Below are positions 36,390 through 48,591 of a DNA stretch of 64,000 nt, piece after piece. Source of the stretch: Octopus sinensis (lineage: Eukaryota); the NCBI RefSeq assembly GCF_006345805.1, contig NC_042998.1, forward strand, positions 160,580,001-160,644,000, read 5' to 3'. The translations under genes and the position numbers were made by a program. Position 1 is the first letter of the stretch; each line of letters opens with the position of its first letter. The notes beneath the pieces were generated by a model that saw only the letters and a list, made by a program, of their open reading frames with translations, made no database searches and was not told the DNA's origin.

Positions 36390-36992
36390 ATCCATAACCC
36401 GTGGCCTTCTACATGGGATGGAGCCAGCCTACGTATGCATACCTTCCCTTCTTGGGACACAAAACTCTACTTGTGAAGACCTGTTGAGGCAAGTGAGGAT
36501 CAGAATCGAAATCGATCAATGGAAATTGCAGATGTGTTACCAGTGCCGGTGGCATGTCGAAACTCTACTTGTGAAGACCCGTTGAGGCAAGTGAGGATCA
36601 GAATCGAAATCGATCAATGGAAATTGCAGATGTGTTACCAGTGCCGGTGGCATGTAAGAGATCCTTCCGTTTCGCGACCGTTGCCAGCACCGCCCCGTTT
36701 CGTGTCCATTGCCAGCCTCGCCTGGCCCTCGTGCCGGTGGCACATAAAAAGCACCATCCATTCGTGGCCGTTTGCCAGCTCTGTCTGGCACCTGTGCGGG
36801 TGGCACGTAAAAAGCACCCACTATATTCACGGAGTGGTTGGCGTTAGGAAGGGCATCCAGCCGTAGAAACACTGCCAGATTTGACTGGGCCTGATGAAGC
36901 CTTCTGGCTTCACAGACCCCAGTAGAACCGTCCAACCCATGCTAGCATGGAAAACGGACGCTAAACGATGAGGATGATGATGATGATGATAA
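36390..36992 (+). mobile_element. Young 5'-truncated RTE LINE 3'UTR with an internal 98-bp tandem duplication
   Basis: CpG-rich. Reverse-complement match to 54505-55000. Ends GGACGCTAAACGATGAG(GAT)n. Confidence 0.9.
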
Positions 36993-37340
36993 TCATCATC
37001 ATCATCATCATCTGTTAATGTCAATTTTCCATGCTGGCATGGGTTGGACGGTTTGACCAGACCTGTAAGCCAGAGAGCTGCACCATGTTTCAGTTTGATT
37101 TGAAGTGGTTTCTATGGTTTGATGCCCTTACTAACACAAACCACTTTACATTGTGTGCTGGGGGCTTTTAATGTAGCACAGGCACAGGTGCTTTTACATG
37201 GCACTGGCATTAGTGTTTTTTATGTGGCAGGCACCAGCACAAGTGCTTTTAATTTGACATTAACACAGGACTCTTGTAGGTCAATCATCTTCACCAGGAA
37301 GAGTAACCTTAACACTCCTACTGTGGAGGACAGCTCCTCC
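36993..37340 (-). mobile_element. Older RTE 3'UTR, tail-to-tail with the previous copy
   Basis: (CAT)n, TTTCCATGCTGGCATGGGTTGGACGG, GATGCCCTTACTAAC, and GTGCTTTTA units. Confidence 0.85.
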
Positions 37341-38216
37341 AAAATGTTCACTGCCCTGAGATTGTCCTTCAGTACTGCATCCCATTCTTCCTGGATCTCT
37401 CTCTTCCATGAGTTGCAGCCATCTTGAGTGATTGGCACTTCTTTATGGAGCTATCACCATCCACTTGCATCACATGATCAAACCAGTAGCAGATGAGAAA
37501 CCATCCAGCACTGGTGGTGGATCTGTTCAATCATGTGATTTCAGCATGTTTGTACTTCATTAGCAGCAAGCATCCACTCACTGCCTGCTAGCCAAAAAGG
37601 ATGGATCTATGGTTGAACAACAATAATTGTAAGAACATCTGTAAGGTTCGATATTTTGATCTAACTACTCCAGTCCTTTTTTATTTATTATTTTTACTGT
37701 GTGATTGCAATGTGATTATTTTTATTGGATTCAACAACCACATGCTCTTACAGTTTAATTGATTTCTCAACTCAATTGCACTTACCTGTATCTGCAGTTT
37801 ATACAGCAAAGCTATGAAACTATGATCAACTTATTGAATTTGACATAAAGAAATGCATTCAAAAGTGAAACTTGCAGAAGAAGATTTTGTATGAAGTGGT
37901 TAAGCCTGATCTAAAATCATTGTATCTCATGGGAGAGATGACAAAAGACTGCATTGACTGGTTGTGCATACATGTATTTGAGTGTTTAGGAATGTATCTT
38001 TAGATATATATTTATATGAACATGTATGAATGTGAGCATTTGTGTGTGTATGTGTGTGTGTCACATAAGATATACACATATCTATATATAAGTAAATGGA
38101 ACATATATCATTATATAAATAATATATAATTACAGTTATTATTAAAAAGGACCTATGTCTGTTGCTCTTCTCCATAATTTACAGCCTTCAGGTTTGTTTA
38201 CAAATTCATAAATATG

Positions 38217-38260
<44 letters not shown>

Positions 38261-38479
38261 GCAGCAGTCAAAGGACTGAAACAAGTAAAAGAATAAAAGA
38301 ATATATACATATAAATGCTTCATTTTACATTACTCTAGTTTACTTTGCTGGCACAATGAGCAAACCTGCGATGGACTTGGTATCCCATCCAGGATGGGGA
38401 TGGGGAATATATATATGTCACAAAATCCAGGAAATGGACCTTATGGCCCTATGGCCGAGGAGGGACCTTTGATCTCTCT

Positions 38480-38501
38480 TTTGATATATGATATATATAT
38501 A

Positions 38502-38587
<86 letters not shown>

Positions 38588-38600
38588 GTATATATATATT
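38480..38600. repeat. (TA)n microsatellite
   Basis: Direct inspection. Confidence 0.97.
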
Positions 38601-38601
38601 G

Positions 38602-38947
38602 TGAAAAGCAACTTCACATGTGCTTTGGAGAACTGATATATGTATTAACCTGCTCTGGGTGTTGGGAGCAATACATAGACCAAATCAAAAACAGTCTATG
38701 TCAAAGGATGGCTCGGCACAGATCCCAGATCAAAATTCCAAAAAACAGAAAAATAGCATTCAGCAAACACGTCGACATTTGCGCCAATAACAAACAACCC
38801 AGCTTCAGAATTTTTCCCCTCTATCAACTCAGGGTCGATACAACTTGTAGTCAGCACATTAATAAAGAGTCATTCTTTATCACAAAATATAAACCTCTTT
38901 TGAATGCATCCACCACAAATGGCACTATCGCTAGGGCCTTAGAATAA
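38602..38947 (+). mobile_element. PLE GIY-YIG endonuclease C-terminal fragment (5'-truncated at a (TA)n array)
   Basis: ELIYVLTCSGCWEQYIDQIKNSLCQRMARHRSQI..FSKHVDIC..FRIFP..KESFFITKYKPLLN is a Uri/GIY-YIG pattern with the PLE-type CxxC. Confidence 0.88.
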
Positions 38948-39362
38948 CACCCACACAAATATTAAAAATGATATATTCAAAACAGTCAGTTCACATAAAT
39001 TTATTCATCAGAATTCCAATCACTACTATTACAACCACAACGGGTCACTTTAGGTCACTTGACCATTTAAGAGGATTCCACCAACATCCTGCTACTGTCA
39101 TACCACTCCTGCATTCTTCTTCTTCTTCTTCTTCAACAATCAAAGACAAGAATTCATACCAAACCTAGCTGCTGCTAACTACAAGATAAAAAAAGAGAGA
39201 GACAGAGACAGACAGAAAAATGGAAAATGTCCCTTGCACTTGAAAACTATGGAAATATTTTTGAAAAACATTTCATCTAATTTTTCCACAATTTAAGTTG
39301 AAAAAGTCACAAACTGTTCTTCATGATAAAATTATTTTAGCATTTTCTACCTTGTCTTACTT

Positions 39363-39422
<60 letters not shown>

Positions 39423-39641
39423 GTATAGTTATAATGAAACTGGATAGTCATTAACTCTCCTGAGTTCATTCACCCTTTGATAGGTTTTTGTTTTATATCT
39501 TGTAGAATGTTCAAAAACCACCCTATGCCACCAACCCTGCTTGGTGGAATAGGGTACTTTAGTCACCAACAGCCTGACCATGTAACAGGTTGTATTGGCT
39601 TATATGCTACCAGAAGAGCTACCTGACATAAATACACACGT

Positions 39642-39681
<40 letters not shown>

Positions 39682-40017
39682 GCACACACACACACATGCA
39701 TATATGCACACATATATATGTATGCATGCTTGTGTATATGAATGTATAGACAGGGAGAGAGAAAGAAAGAGAATGGGAGAGAGGGAGGGAGAGAGCATGG
39801 AAGCTCTTGAGTATATACTTACTTGTGTTTGTAAAAGTATACACCTCTTTAATGATATCTTTTTGTATGGGTTTGTGGATATACATAAAGTAAAAAGAAA
39901 AAGTAAAAAGCGTGTATCTTTCAATATTTCTTGAGAGCTCACATGTATGTGTTAATTATAGCTGGAAGACAAGCAGTTGTCATGTTATATCAAAGCAACA
40001 GAAGATAAAAGATAAAA

Positions 40018-40135
40018 TGTTGTTGTTGTGCAACCCCAGGTCAGTCCTGATCTTGCAGACCTATTAGTTGAACTTTGAAGCAGATTAGGCTGCTCTTTCT
40101 TACAAGCTGAACAATCACGTAGAGGCTCCCTTACT
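40018..40135 (-). mobile_element. Repeat family D, internally deleted
   Basis: GTTGTTGTTG..CCCCAGGTCAGTCCTGATC..CACGTAGAGGCTCCCT. Confidence 0.7.
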
Positions 40136-40429
40136 AGTTCAGAGATAAAATGTAAAATGTATATTTTTCAAGGGAAAAAAAATTGCTGCCGAAAAAGCTA
40201 ATTGCTACTGACTTAAAAGCTAAGAACACTAATAGTCAAATTTCATATGAAAATAGTTAAAAGACACTAGAAGACATTTTTGAAATCAAGAAGTGTATAT
40301 GTGTAATTATAGCTTTGCTTTGAGAGTAGTGTGTGTTTGTTTGATGTGTTTGTAAGTGTGTGCATGAGAAAGGGATATGAGATGTTTAATGTACATAATT
40401 AACTAGTTGACAACTTCACAAAAGCAAAA

Positions 40430-40460
<31 letters not shown>

Positions 40461-40859
40461 CGAAGGGATCTGTATTTCATTATCAAATCAACTTTGATAA
40501 ATTCAGCTGGCTGTTGTAAAAAATTGAGCATCATTTTTTTTTTCTGTTTGTTGAATGAAAACAGGAAGAACTTATAATCTATTAAAGCTTTTAGATGGAT
40601 GCCAATCTCTAGAGAGAGAGAAAGGGAGAGTGAGAGACCCAAACCTGAGTCATTGATTCAGTTGGATAAATTTTATGGCACTTTATCTTTTACAATCAAT
40701 ACTAGATAGAGGGACAATAGCTGCAGGAATAAAGTCACTGTGAGCTCAAATAGAGATTCAATCAATATTCATGAATTTAAATATAACTAGAGAGTAAAAA
40801 TAAATAAATAAAAACTCTGAGACTTGTATACATCTATATATAAATCTATCTTCAAACAA

Positions 40860-41230
40860 GCCCACAGGGAGAGCCATTATGTAGCTGCTTGATCATCTAG
40901 GAATAGCAACCAATTTTGTCCTCAAATCATACCCCCATTAGATAATGTCATCCTAGACGCTCTGTGTCTGATGTAAAAAGAATAACATAGGGCTGATTTA
41001 AGGCTAACTGACTATAACAACAACACAATTAACACCATAGCCACAAACGTCATGAAGTCTCTATACAATCACTGAACCTGTTAAAATTTGCACCACCCTG
41101 ATATTCCTCTAGTCATCATACTTTACCATCCTAAATAAAGTCTACATTGAACAATGTGGACCCTGTTATATAAAAGGATAAAGTGGCCATGGCTAGGACA
41201 CCTTTGATCATAAATCTACTCAGTCAACAC
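40860..41230 (+). mobile_element. Two decayed family-D copies in tandem
   Basis: GGGAGAGCC..CTAGGAATAGCAACCAA..AACAACAAC, then a second copy with GCCATGGCTAGGACACCTTTGATCATA. Confidence 0.55.
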
Positions 41231-44200
41231 AAAAACGGTTTTGTACTCTGAAGAACATCACTACAACTTTATTATTCAACATTTTCTATGGATTAGTAAG
41301 AGGAAGAAGAGCCTCTATCTTTCACATTTGCAGGGCTTCCGAGATTTGTTTAGGAAAGGAATATTGAGTTAACTTCAGATTAGAAACCTCATCTGAATAG
41401 CTACATACAGTTTCTATCTATCAAGTTTCACTGGAAAGACATGGTTTAAATTAAAGCTAAAGCTAAAGAGACTTGACTAAGGTAAGATCAAACCTAGAAT
41501 CTCATGATTGCAAAACGAATTTCTAAGCAACAGGGCTATGCCTGCATCTATGATTGACAGAACACGACAAAAGATGTTGATAACTTTTAGTGGAAATGGA
41601 TATGACTAAGTTGATGGCTTATGATGCCAAGAGTGAATTGTTTCCTGTCAAAGGGATATGTAAAATTTCTGAAGATGAAATGCTATTCTGTTTGATGGAT
41701 TAAGTAATCATTTATAGGATGGGAGATGTGCCATTTATAATGTGAGATTTTAGCACAATAAAACATTGTTTTTTGGTTATTTTTATTTGCTAAGCAGCTA
41801 TATTACATTTATTCAAGCCAAAGTAAAATTTCTTTCCATACTTGTTTGAGCAGGAATTCTAAATTTTCAAGATGTTTGTACTAATTACTTACCTTTCAAG
41901 AAGAATCATTTTCCCACTGAGGCCATTTTATCCATAGATTTTCTGTTACATTCTTACAGAATTGTAATCAATTTTCTAACTGCTCTTCAAGTGACCTTTA
42001 TGGGATGATATTCTTTTCTATAGCTTAAAGGTAACTGACATCCAAGCTACTTAAGTATTGCCTAAGTTAATTTTTCTCTATACTAGTAGAACTTTTCAAA
42101 TCCCACTACACAAGCTTAACTATGTAAATAAAAAGAACAAAATTACAGACACGAAAATGTGCAGAGATGAATTAATGTTCAAAATCATTACAACTCTCTG
42201 AAGACTAATATTACATAAAAGATACACAAGGGTTGGCAGAACCCGTCAAATGAATTCTTGCTAAGAATATTCTTAGTCTCTCACAAGGTATGTGTTTCAA
42301 AGTCAAATTATGTAAAACTAACAATACTGGAAAAGCTACTCTCTTCATACTATACACAAAGGAAAATAGCTCTTGCATCTATAATCTTTCAGAAAAATCC
42401 TGATTTATTCTATTAACAACATCATCATAACTAAATTATAAACTCACTAAATATATTTTGTATTAAATATATCAAACATAATTCTCTCTAGAGATTATAT
42501 TAAGATCATATCATCTTCATAGGTGAAAACATATCCAAGAAGATTTCTTATCCTTCAAAAAATAACCGTGTACACCTGTAAACTTCATATACTCTTTCAA
42601 AATCCCAGGCTACATTGCTAATGGAACATTAAAGTGAGAAACATGTTCAAACAAATGTAGAACAAATCTATTTTCTTACTGCTTTAGACAAGATGGGTAA
42701 TAATAAGGAATTCACAGGAAAACTACTAAATGTATTTGGCATCTGAGTAACAACAATAGCATAGTTAAATGATATATTTGGAAATGGTGTTTATCCATCA
42801 TAATATTGCAAGATTCATTCAAGCTATATTCAATTCATTTATTTAGTAATTTTAATATATAAAACTTTTCTGTAATATTTAGTAAAAACTAAAACAAAAC
42901 AAAAAACAAAAACAAAAAACAAAAAACAAAAACAAAACATTAGCAGAAAATGTTATTTATTAAACATAACATTAATGGAAAATGATAGGAATGAAGTTGT
43001 TAGTGCCAAGTAAATGAATTTATACATAGGCTGAATAAGTATTGGGTATTTTAATAGCATCTGCTTTTATCAATGATGTAACATCCTCACTTTTCTGTCA
43101 GAAAGACATTGTTAGATATACTTTTTTAAAAATTTAATCCATCTTAGATGGTATGTTTTAAAACAGGCTAAATGCTTAAGATAGCTGAAAACCACATCAA
43201 AATTGGTACAATAGTAAAAAAAACTTATGGGTAAAAATTGCTCACATTTGAGAGTGAGCTCTGGGACATTAAACTGTAGTTATGCTTATATGCAGAGTGT
43301 GTGTGTGTGTCTGTGTGTGTGTGTGTGTATGTGTGAACACATATATGTACCCACTAACACATACACTTGCACAAACACACATAAATCCACAAATAAACTG
43401 TAAGATCAGAGCAAAATAGAGATGATCTGTAAAAATTAGAAGAAATTACAGGAAGACAAGTTGAATATGCACCCCACCACTTTCTGTGTTATTTTTCTTT
43501 CAAAAATTTCTCTAGAATTTTCTTTTCAACAAAAGAGTTTATGATCTGGTCCCCAAACCAGCTCTTCAAAATTTCAAATGCTTACCAACATGACAACAAC
43601 CATCACACACACACACATTTTTGATTTTCACTGAAAATTTATTGAGAATTCTATGTAGGAAAATATGAAGATGATTCTGAAAAAAAAAAATTATTTTCAA
43701 AATATCAACTGTTCAATGAAATCTCCCCCTCCTGACTTTTAAAGTACCCCTCCCCCTCCTCCTATACCAACATTCTGGATGCTTTTAAACTTGACTGCTC
43801 TTTTCCCCATGCATGGATGCTAGTCAAACTAGTAAGCAAAATGAGAGAGGCCTCAATATAGTTACTGACATGCTTGAAATAACAGCCAAATCTCTGAAGA
43901 ACAATGTTTTCCAATATAACAGTCTGTTAAATCAACCCTTCACTCGACTATTGGAATAACAATATGCACTGCATATGCATGGATGTTGTTAAACCAGCAG
44001 GTGACAGGAGGAAGGCCTCAATGTACTTGCTCAACAAGCTAGAAATAATGGCTAAAGCTCTCAAACAATTTTTTTCCAAAGTTTCACTTTTTTATATCAT
44101 TCCCTCCCTTAGCTTTCAGAATAATGACACCTACCTCACTTGCAGAAATAAAGAAAACACTCTTCCAGCCAACCAACCAACCAATACAAAAATATTAGGT

Positions 44201-44297
44201 AAATGTTTTGTCCCACCCTTCATTCAGGGCTAAATTACGACCCATAGAAGCCCTAAGAACTTTAAAGATTTTGGTACCCCGATATATATATATATAT

Positions 44298-44330
<33 letters not shown>

Positions 44331-45704
44331 TATGTGTGTGTGTGTGCGCATGTGTAATTCAAAGTATAAACAATAAGATGGAAAATAATTTTTATTTTCA
44401 TATAATTCCACTTTATTTATATCAGAAAAGCTTTCTCCTATTTTTTAATTGCAAAGTCTTTGATCAGATCCTCAAAATTTAATCTTACATAACACATCTG
44501 ATTTTATACTTAGTAGAGATAAGGCATCCCGAATATTATTTTAGCAAGTTTAAAATGAGTTCTTTTGTGCCCTAAACCATTTACTATTTCTGTGGCGTCC
44601 CCACTTCCCTTGATGTCCTAAAAGCATGCTTATTGAATATCTTGAGTGTTTTAGATGAATTTTAGTTTCTGCTTCAAGGATTAAACTTATTCCAAAATAA
44701 CTATATTCTAATACAACCTGTTTATTTCCCAGAAAGTATACCATTATACCATTCTATTTGGCAATATTTGAAGATATCATCATTTCTATACACATGCTCT
44801 TGAGCTTCGGCAACCTTTACCTTAATCTTGGCAATCTGCATCTTCTAGCCCTCTTCTTTAATTTTCCTCTTATTTAATATAGATGAAATTTAAACAATTT
44901 TTATAATAATTTTGAATAGAGATCTAGTTTATCATAAAAAAGCAATTTACTTTGGTTCTTTACTTTAGCTTAAAGGACATGAGTAGAAAAGAAAAATGTT
45001 GGAGACACAACAAAAAACAGTAAAATATTTGGTGATTAGGATGAACAGAGGAAAATGTAATTCAAGATTATAAAAGGTAATCATACAAGTTCAGAATAAA
45101 TCAAATAATTAACTAAAACAAGAAAAAAATCATCAAAATTTCATCAAGCAGAATGATCTGATCATTGCTATTAAAGGAGAAATAACGAAGGTTAAGATGA
45201 GGAAATAGAGGATGCATGTAGAATTTTATCTAGTTTAATTAATCAAATGTTTTTAGTATTTCATTAGTGTTTCAATTTGAACATTAGGCTTAGTTTTTTC
45301 AAGTGATTTGTCACTGGCAGGTGGAAGTTGATAACAGTTACAAACAAAAGAAGAATAAAAAAGACAGTTTCATCTTGATCAGTTTGCTGACTCTCAGCAG
45401 GTTTGTAAGGGTTCTAAACACATGGTTTAATGTGGTAATTGATTTTTGATTCTCTTATGTATCATACTAAAGAAAGAATTAAGACCAAATTTTCTACATC
45501 TGTCGAAGAAATGTTTAGAGAATCTTAAAGGTGTAGAGGCTATCAAAAATAAGACATACAATGATATACAAGAATTCCTACATTCTGAAATTAGACGAAA
45601 GCTATAAGTGACATGAAAAAAAAAAAAAAAGAATCCAAGAAGAAGAAATGAATGTAATAAATTTTTAAAAAAAATTAGAGTAAAGAATGTTACTCTTAGT
45701 TTCT

Positions 45705-46020
45705 ATCATCATCATTTAGTGCCTGCTTTCCATCAAACTCCAGTCTGATTTGGCATAGTTTCTACAGCTGGACGCCCTTCCTAACACCAACCACTCAAAG
45801 TATGTAATGGATGCTTTTTACATATCACTGGCATGAGTGCCAGTTATGTGAAACTGGCATTGACCACAACTACACTTTCACTTGGCTTGACAAGTTTTCT
45901 CAAGCACAGAATACTACCAAAGGCCATAGTCACTTATCATTGCCTCCATGAGGCCCTATGCTTGAAGGGTGCTTTTTATGTGCCACTGGCATAGGTGCCT
46001 GTTACGTGACACTGGCATTA
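45705..46020 (-). mobile_element. RTE 3'UTR/tail fragment
   Basis: (CAT)n, TTCTACAGCTGGACGCCCTTCCTAACACCAACCACT, GGTGCTTTTTATGTGCCACTGGCA. Confidence 0.8.
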
Positions 46021-47794
46021 AATTTTCAAGATATAATTCTTTGGTTTTTATGAAATTCCATCTGAAAAAGAACATGTTTGGTCCCAAAAACTTGAAATAA
46101 TATTTTTTATTTGTAAGATAAATTTTGTTTGCTAATCAAATGTTTTTGTTTTTACTGAATATTTGTAATGAGTTCATTTAACGAACATGTTCCAGCATGA
46201 ATCTCTTAAAGGGGTATCATAATATTTTACAAGGTTTTAGTTTCAGTCAAGAACATCACTGTTTTTTATGGTACTTTAGCTCAATTCAAATACCAAACAG
46301 CCAGGGGATATAACTCAAACAAGGTCGGATCTATTGTACCTGAAGAAAATATTTTAAGCATACCGGACCAAGGGAGGGAGTCTTTATGAAGTAAGAAGTT
46401 GCTTAAATCTTCTAGAAATTTAAGTAAATCCCTTTGAAATCTCACCACTAGGGTCTAAAATGAAGGGACATTGGATAAATATACAAACAGAGTAGTCATA
46501 CAAAGGGGGCTCCATGTGTTCCAGTTCACATGGGTTTATCATTTTATGGAACTTTCTCTCAGCTGCTGTAATGAAAAAGAGGGCATTTTCTAAAAAATCA
46601 CCTGTATTGATATATTGTTCTAGTTCTTTTCTTCTGTTCAGTTAACTGCAAGTACATCATGTACATTCTTTGCATATATTCATAGATCAATTATTTGCAT
46701 TTATCAATGATGATTAAAATACTTAATGAACAATCTGAAGTGGATTCTACATATCACATCAGAAGGCCTGGACCTTTTATCAATCTAAATAAGACTTACA
46801 TTTCACATCTGTCTTGGGCTGTTGTTGCATGGGGCTTGGTCACAGTTGAAATACTTTTGACTGTAAATCTGCTCAGTCAAGGATAGGCTGGGAACTAAAG
46901 AATAATAATAACAACTTTAAAAGATTATAACAAATCTTTATGTTGGTAAAATATTTCATTCATCATTTTTATTAAGCAAAAGTGATCATAATTTCAATCA
47001 CTCTCACAATTTTATAGCATGTTTTATGAGAGATAGATTAAGATCCTGTAGGGTTTTAGATAACATAAACTATACATCTATAAAGATCTTCTTGAGTTAG
47101 AAAATACTTATGTTAATTAAATGTGCTTACCACTCTGATTATTAATTTGAATACAAATCTGAGTATTTCATTAATTACAACATTGAATCTTATGCAAAAT
47201 TATTGAAAATATTAATTTCATTTACAGGTTTTACTCTTTTTCATCTTTGCTAATTACAACATAATGCTTCTAACAGATTTGTGAACAATGTTTGAATTAC
47301 AACAAAACATCTGGATTTGTTAAAAAAAAACTCAAACAAACTATTAAACTAACTTCTGTAGCAAATAACAACAAGAATGGTAATAAAATATAAATAAATT
47401 ATAAAAACCTAACAAATTTAATTATAAGAACATAAAACAAATCTGATTTAATTACTCCAGTTCATCTATAAATATAAAAGACAATTGTTAAAAGAGATTA
47501 TTAAATGAATAATTGTATTAAAAACAAAATCATTACTTATTACAATTCAAGTATTAAACTAAGAACAATTACAGCTGAGAGAAAAATGAACTATTGACAA
47601 TGTAGCAATTGCCATTGTGCATTTATATATTTAGTGTCAAGCAAAGCATTTTGGGTAATTTTTAATATCTTTGTACATTAGTGCATAATTATAGTTTACA
47701 AATACTTTAAATTTTTCTGGAAAATATTTGACATTAATAATTTTGCATAAATCTGAAGTTATCACCATTATCATTTTAACATAAAGTTTACTTC

Positions 47795-47915
47795 CCTACA
47801 ATAAGGTTCTGGATTCAGTATCATTGCATGGCACCTTGGGCAAGTATCTTCTACTATATGCCTAGACCGACCAAAACCTTGTAAATAGATTTAATTAACT
47901 GAAAGAAGCCCACTG

Positions 47916-47993
<78 letters not shown>

Positions 47994-48145
47994 GAGTAAG
48001 CACATAACTGTGAAACAAGGTGGAAAAAAGAGTACCCAAATACCAGAGGTAGAGTAATATGCTTTATTTAAAAGCAGCAGAAATATAACAAAAGCTGTTT
48101 CTCAGAATAACAGTTTTTGGTATATTTCTGCTGCTTTCAAATAAA

Positions 48146-48193
<48 letters not shown>

Positions 48194-48430
48194 GAAAGAA
48201 GCCTGTCCTATGTATATATGTGTGTGTAGTATATGTTTGTGTGTCTGTGTTTGTCCCCACCAACATTGCTTGGCAACTGATGCTGTTTATGTCCCTGTAA
48301 CTTAGCAGTTTGGCAAAAGAGACCAATGTAATAAGTACTAGGCTTACAAAGAATAAGTCTTGGGGTCGATTTGCTTGACTAAAAGTGGTGGTGTAGCATG
48401 GCCACAATCAAATGACTGAAACAAGTAAAA
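47795..48430 (+). mobile_element. SINE family A interrupted by a (TA)n-bounded fold-back insert
   Basis: 5' part 47795-47910 and 3' part 48192-48430. CTGAAAGAAGCC is present on both sides of the insert. Confidence 0.85.
48062..48146. repeat. 85-bp hairpin (38-bp arms, 9-nt loop)
   Basis: 48062-48099 pairs with 48109-48146: 35 Watson-Crick pairs, 1 G-T and 2 mismatches. Loop TCTCAGAAT. Confidence 0.95.
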
Positions 48431-48510
48431 GAATAAAATAATGTGCATATATATATATATATATATATGTACATGTGTGTAGGTGAGTGTGTAGGGTGGG
48501 GTATATATAT

Positions 48511-48591
<81 letters not shown>

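Noticed and set aside
36462-36655. Repeat-spacer (CRISPR-like) interpretation of direct repeats here and at 58436-58645
   Set aside because: There are only two units with no unique spacers, in eukaryotic TE context, and no cas-like ORFs.
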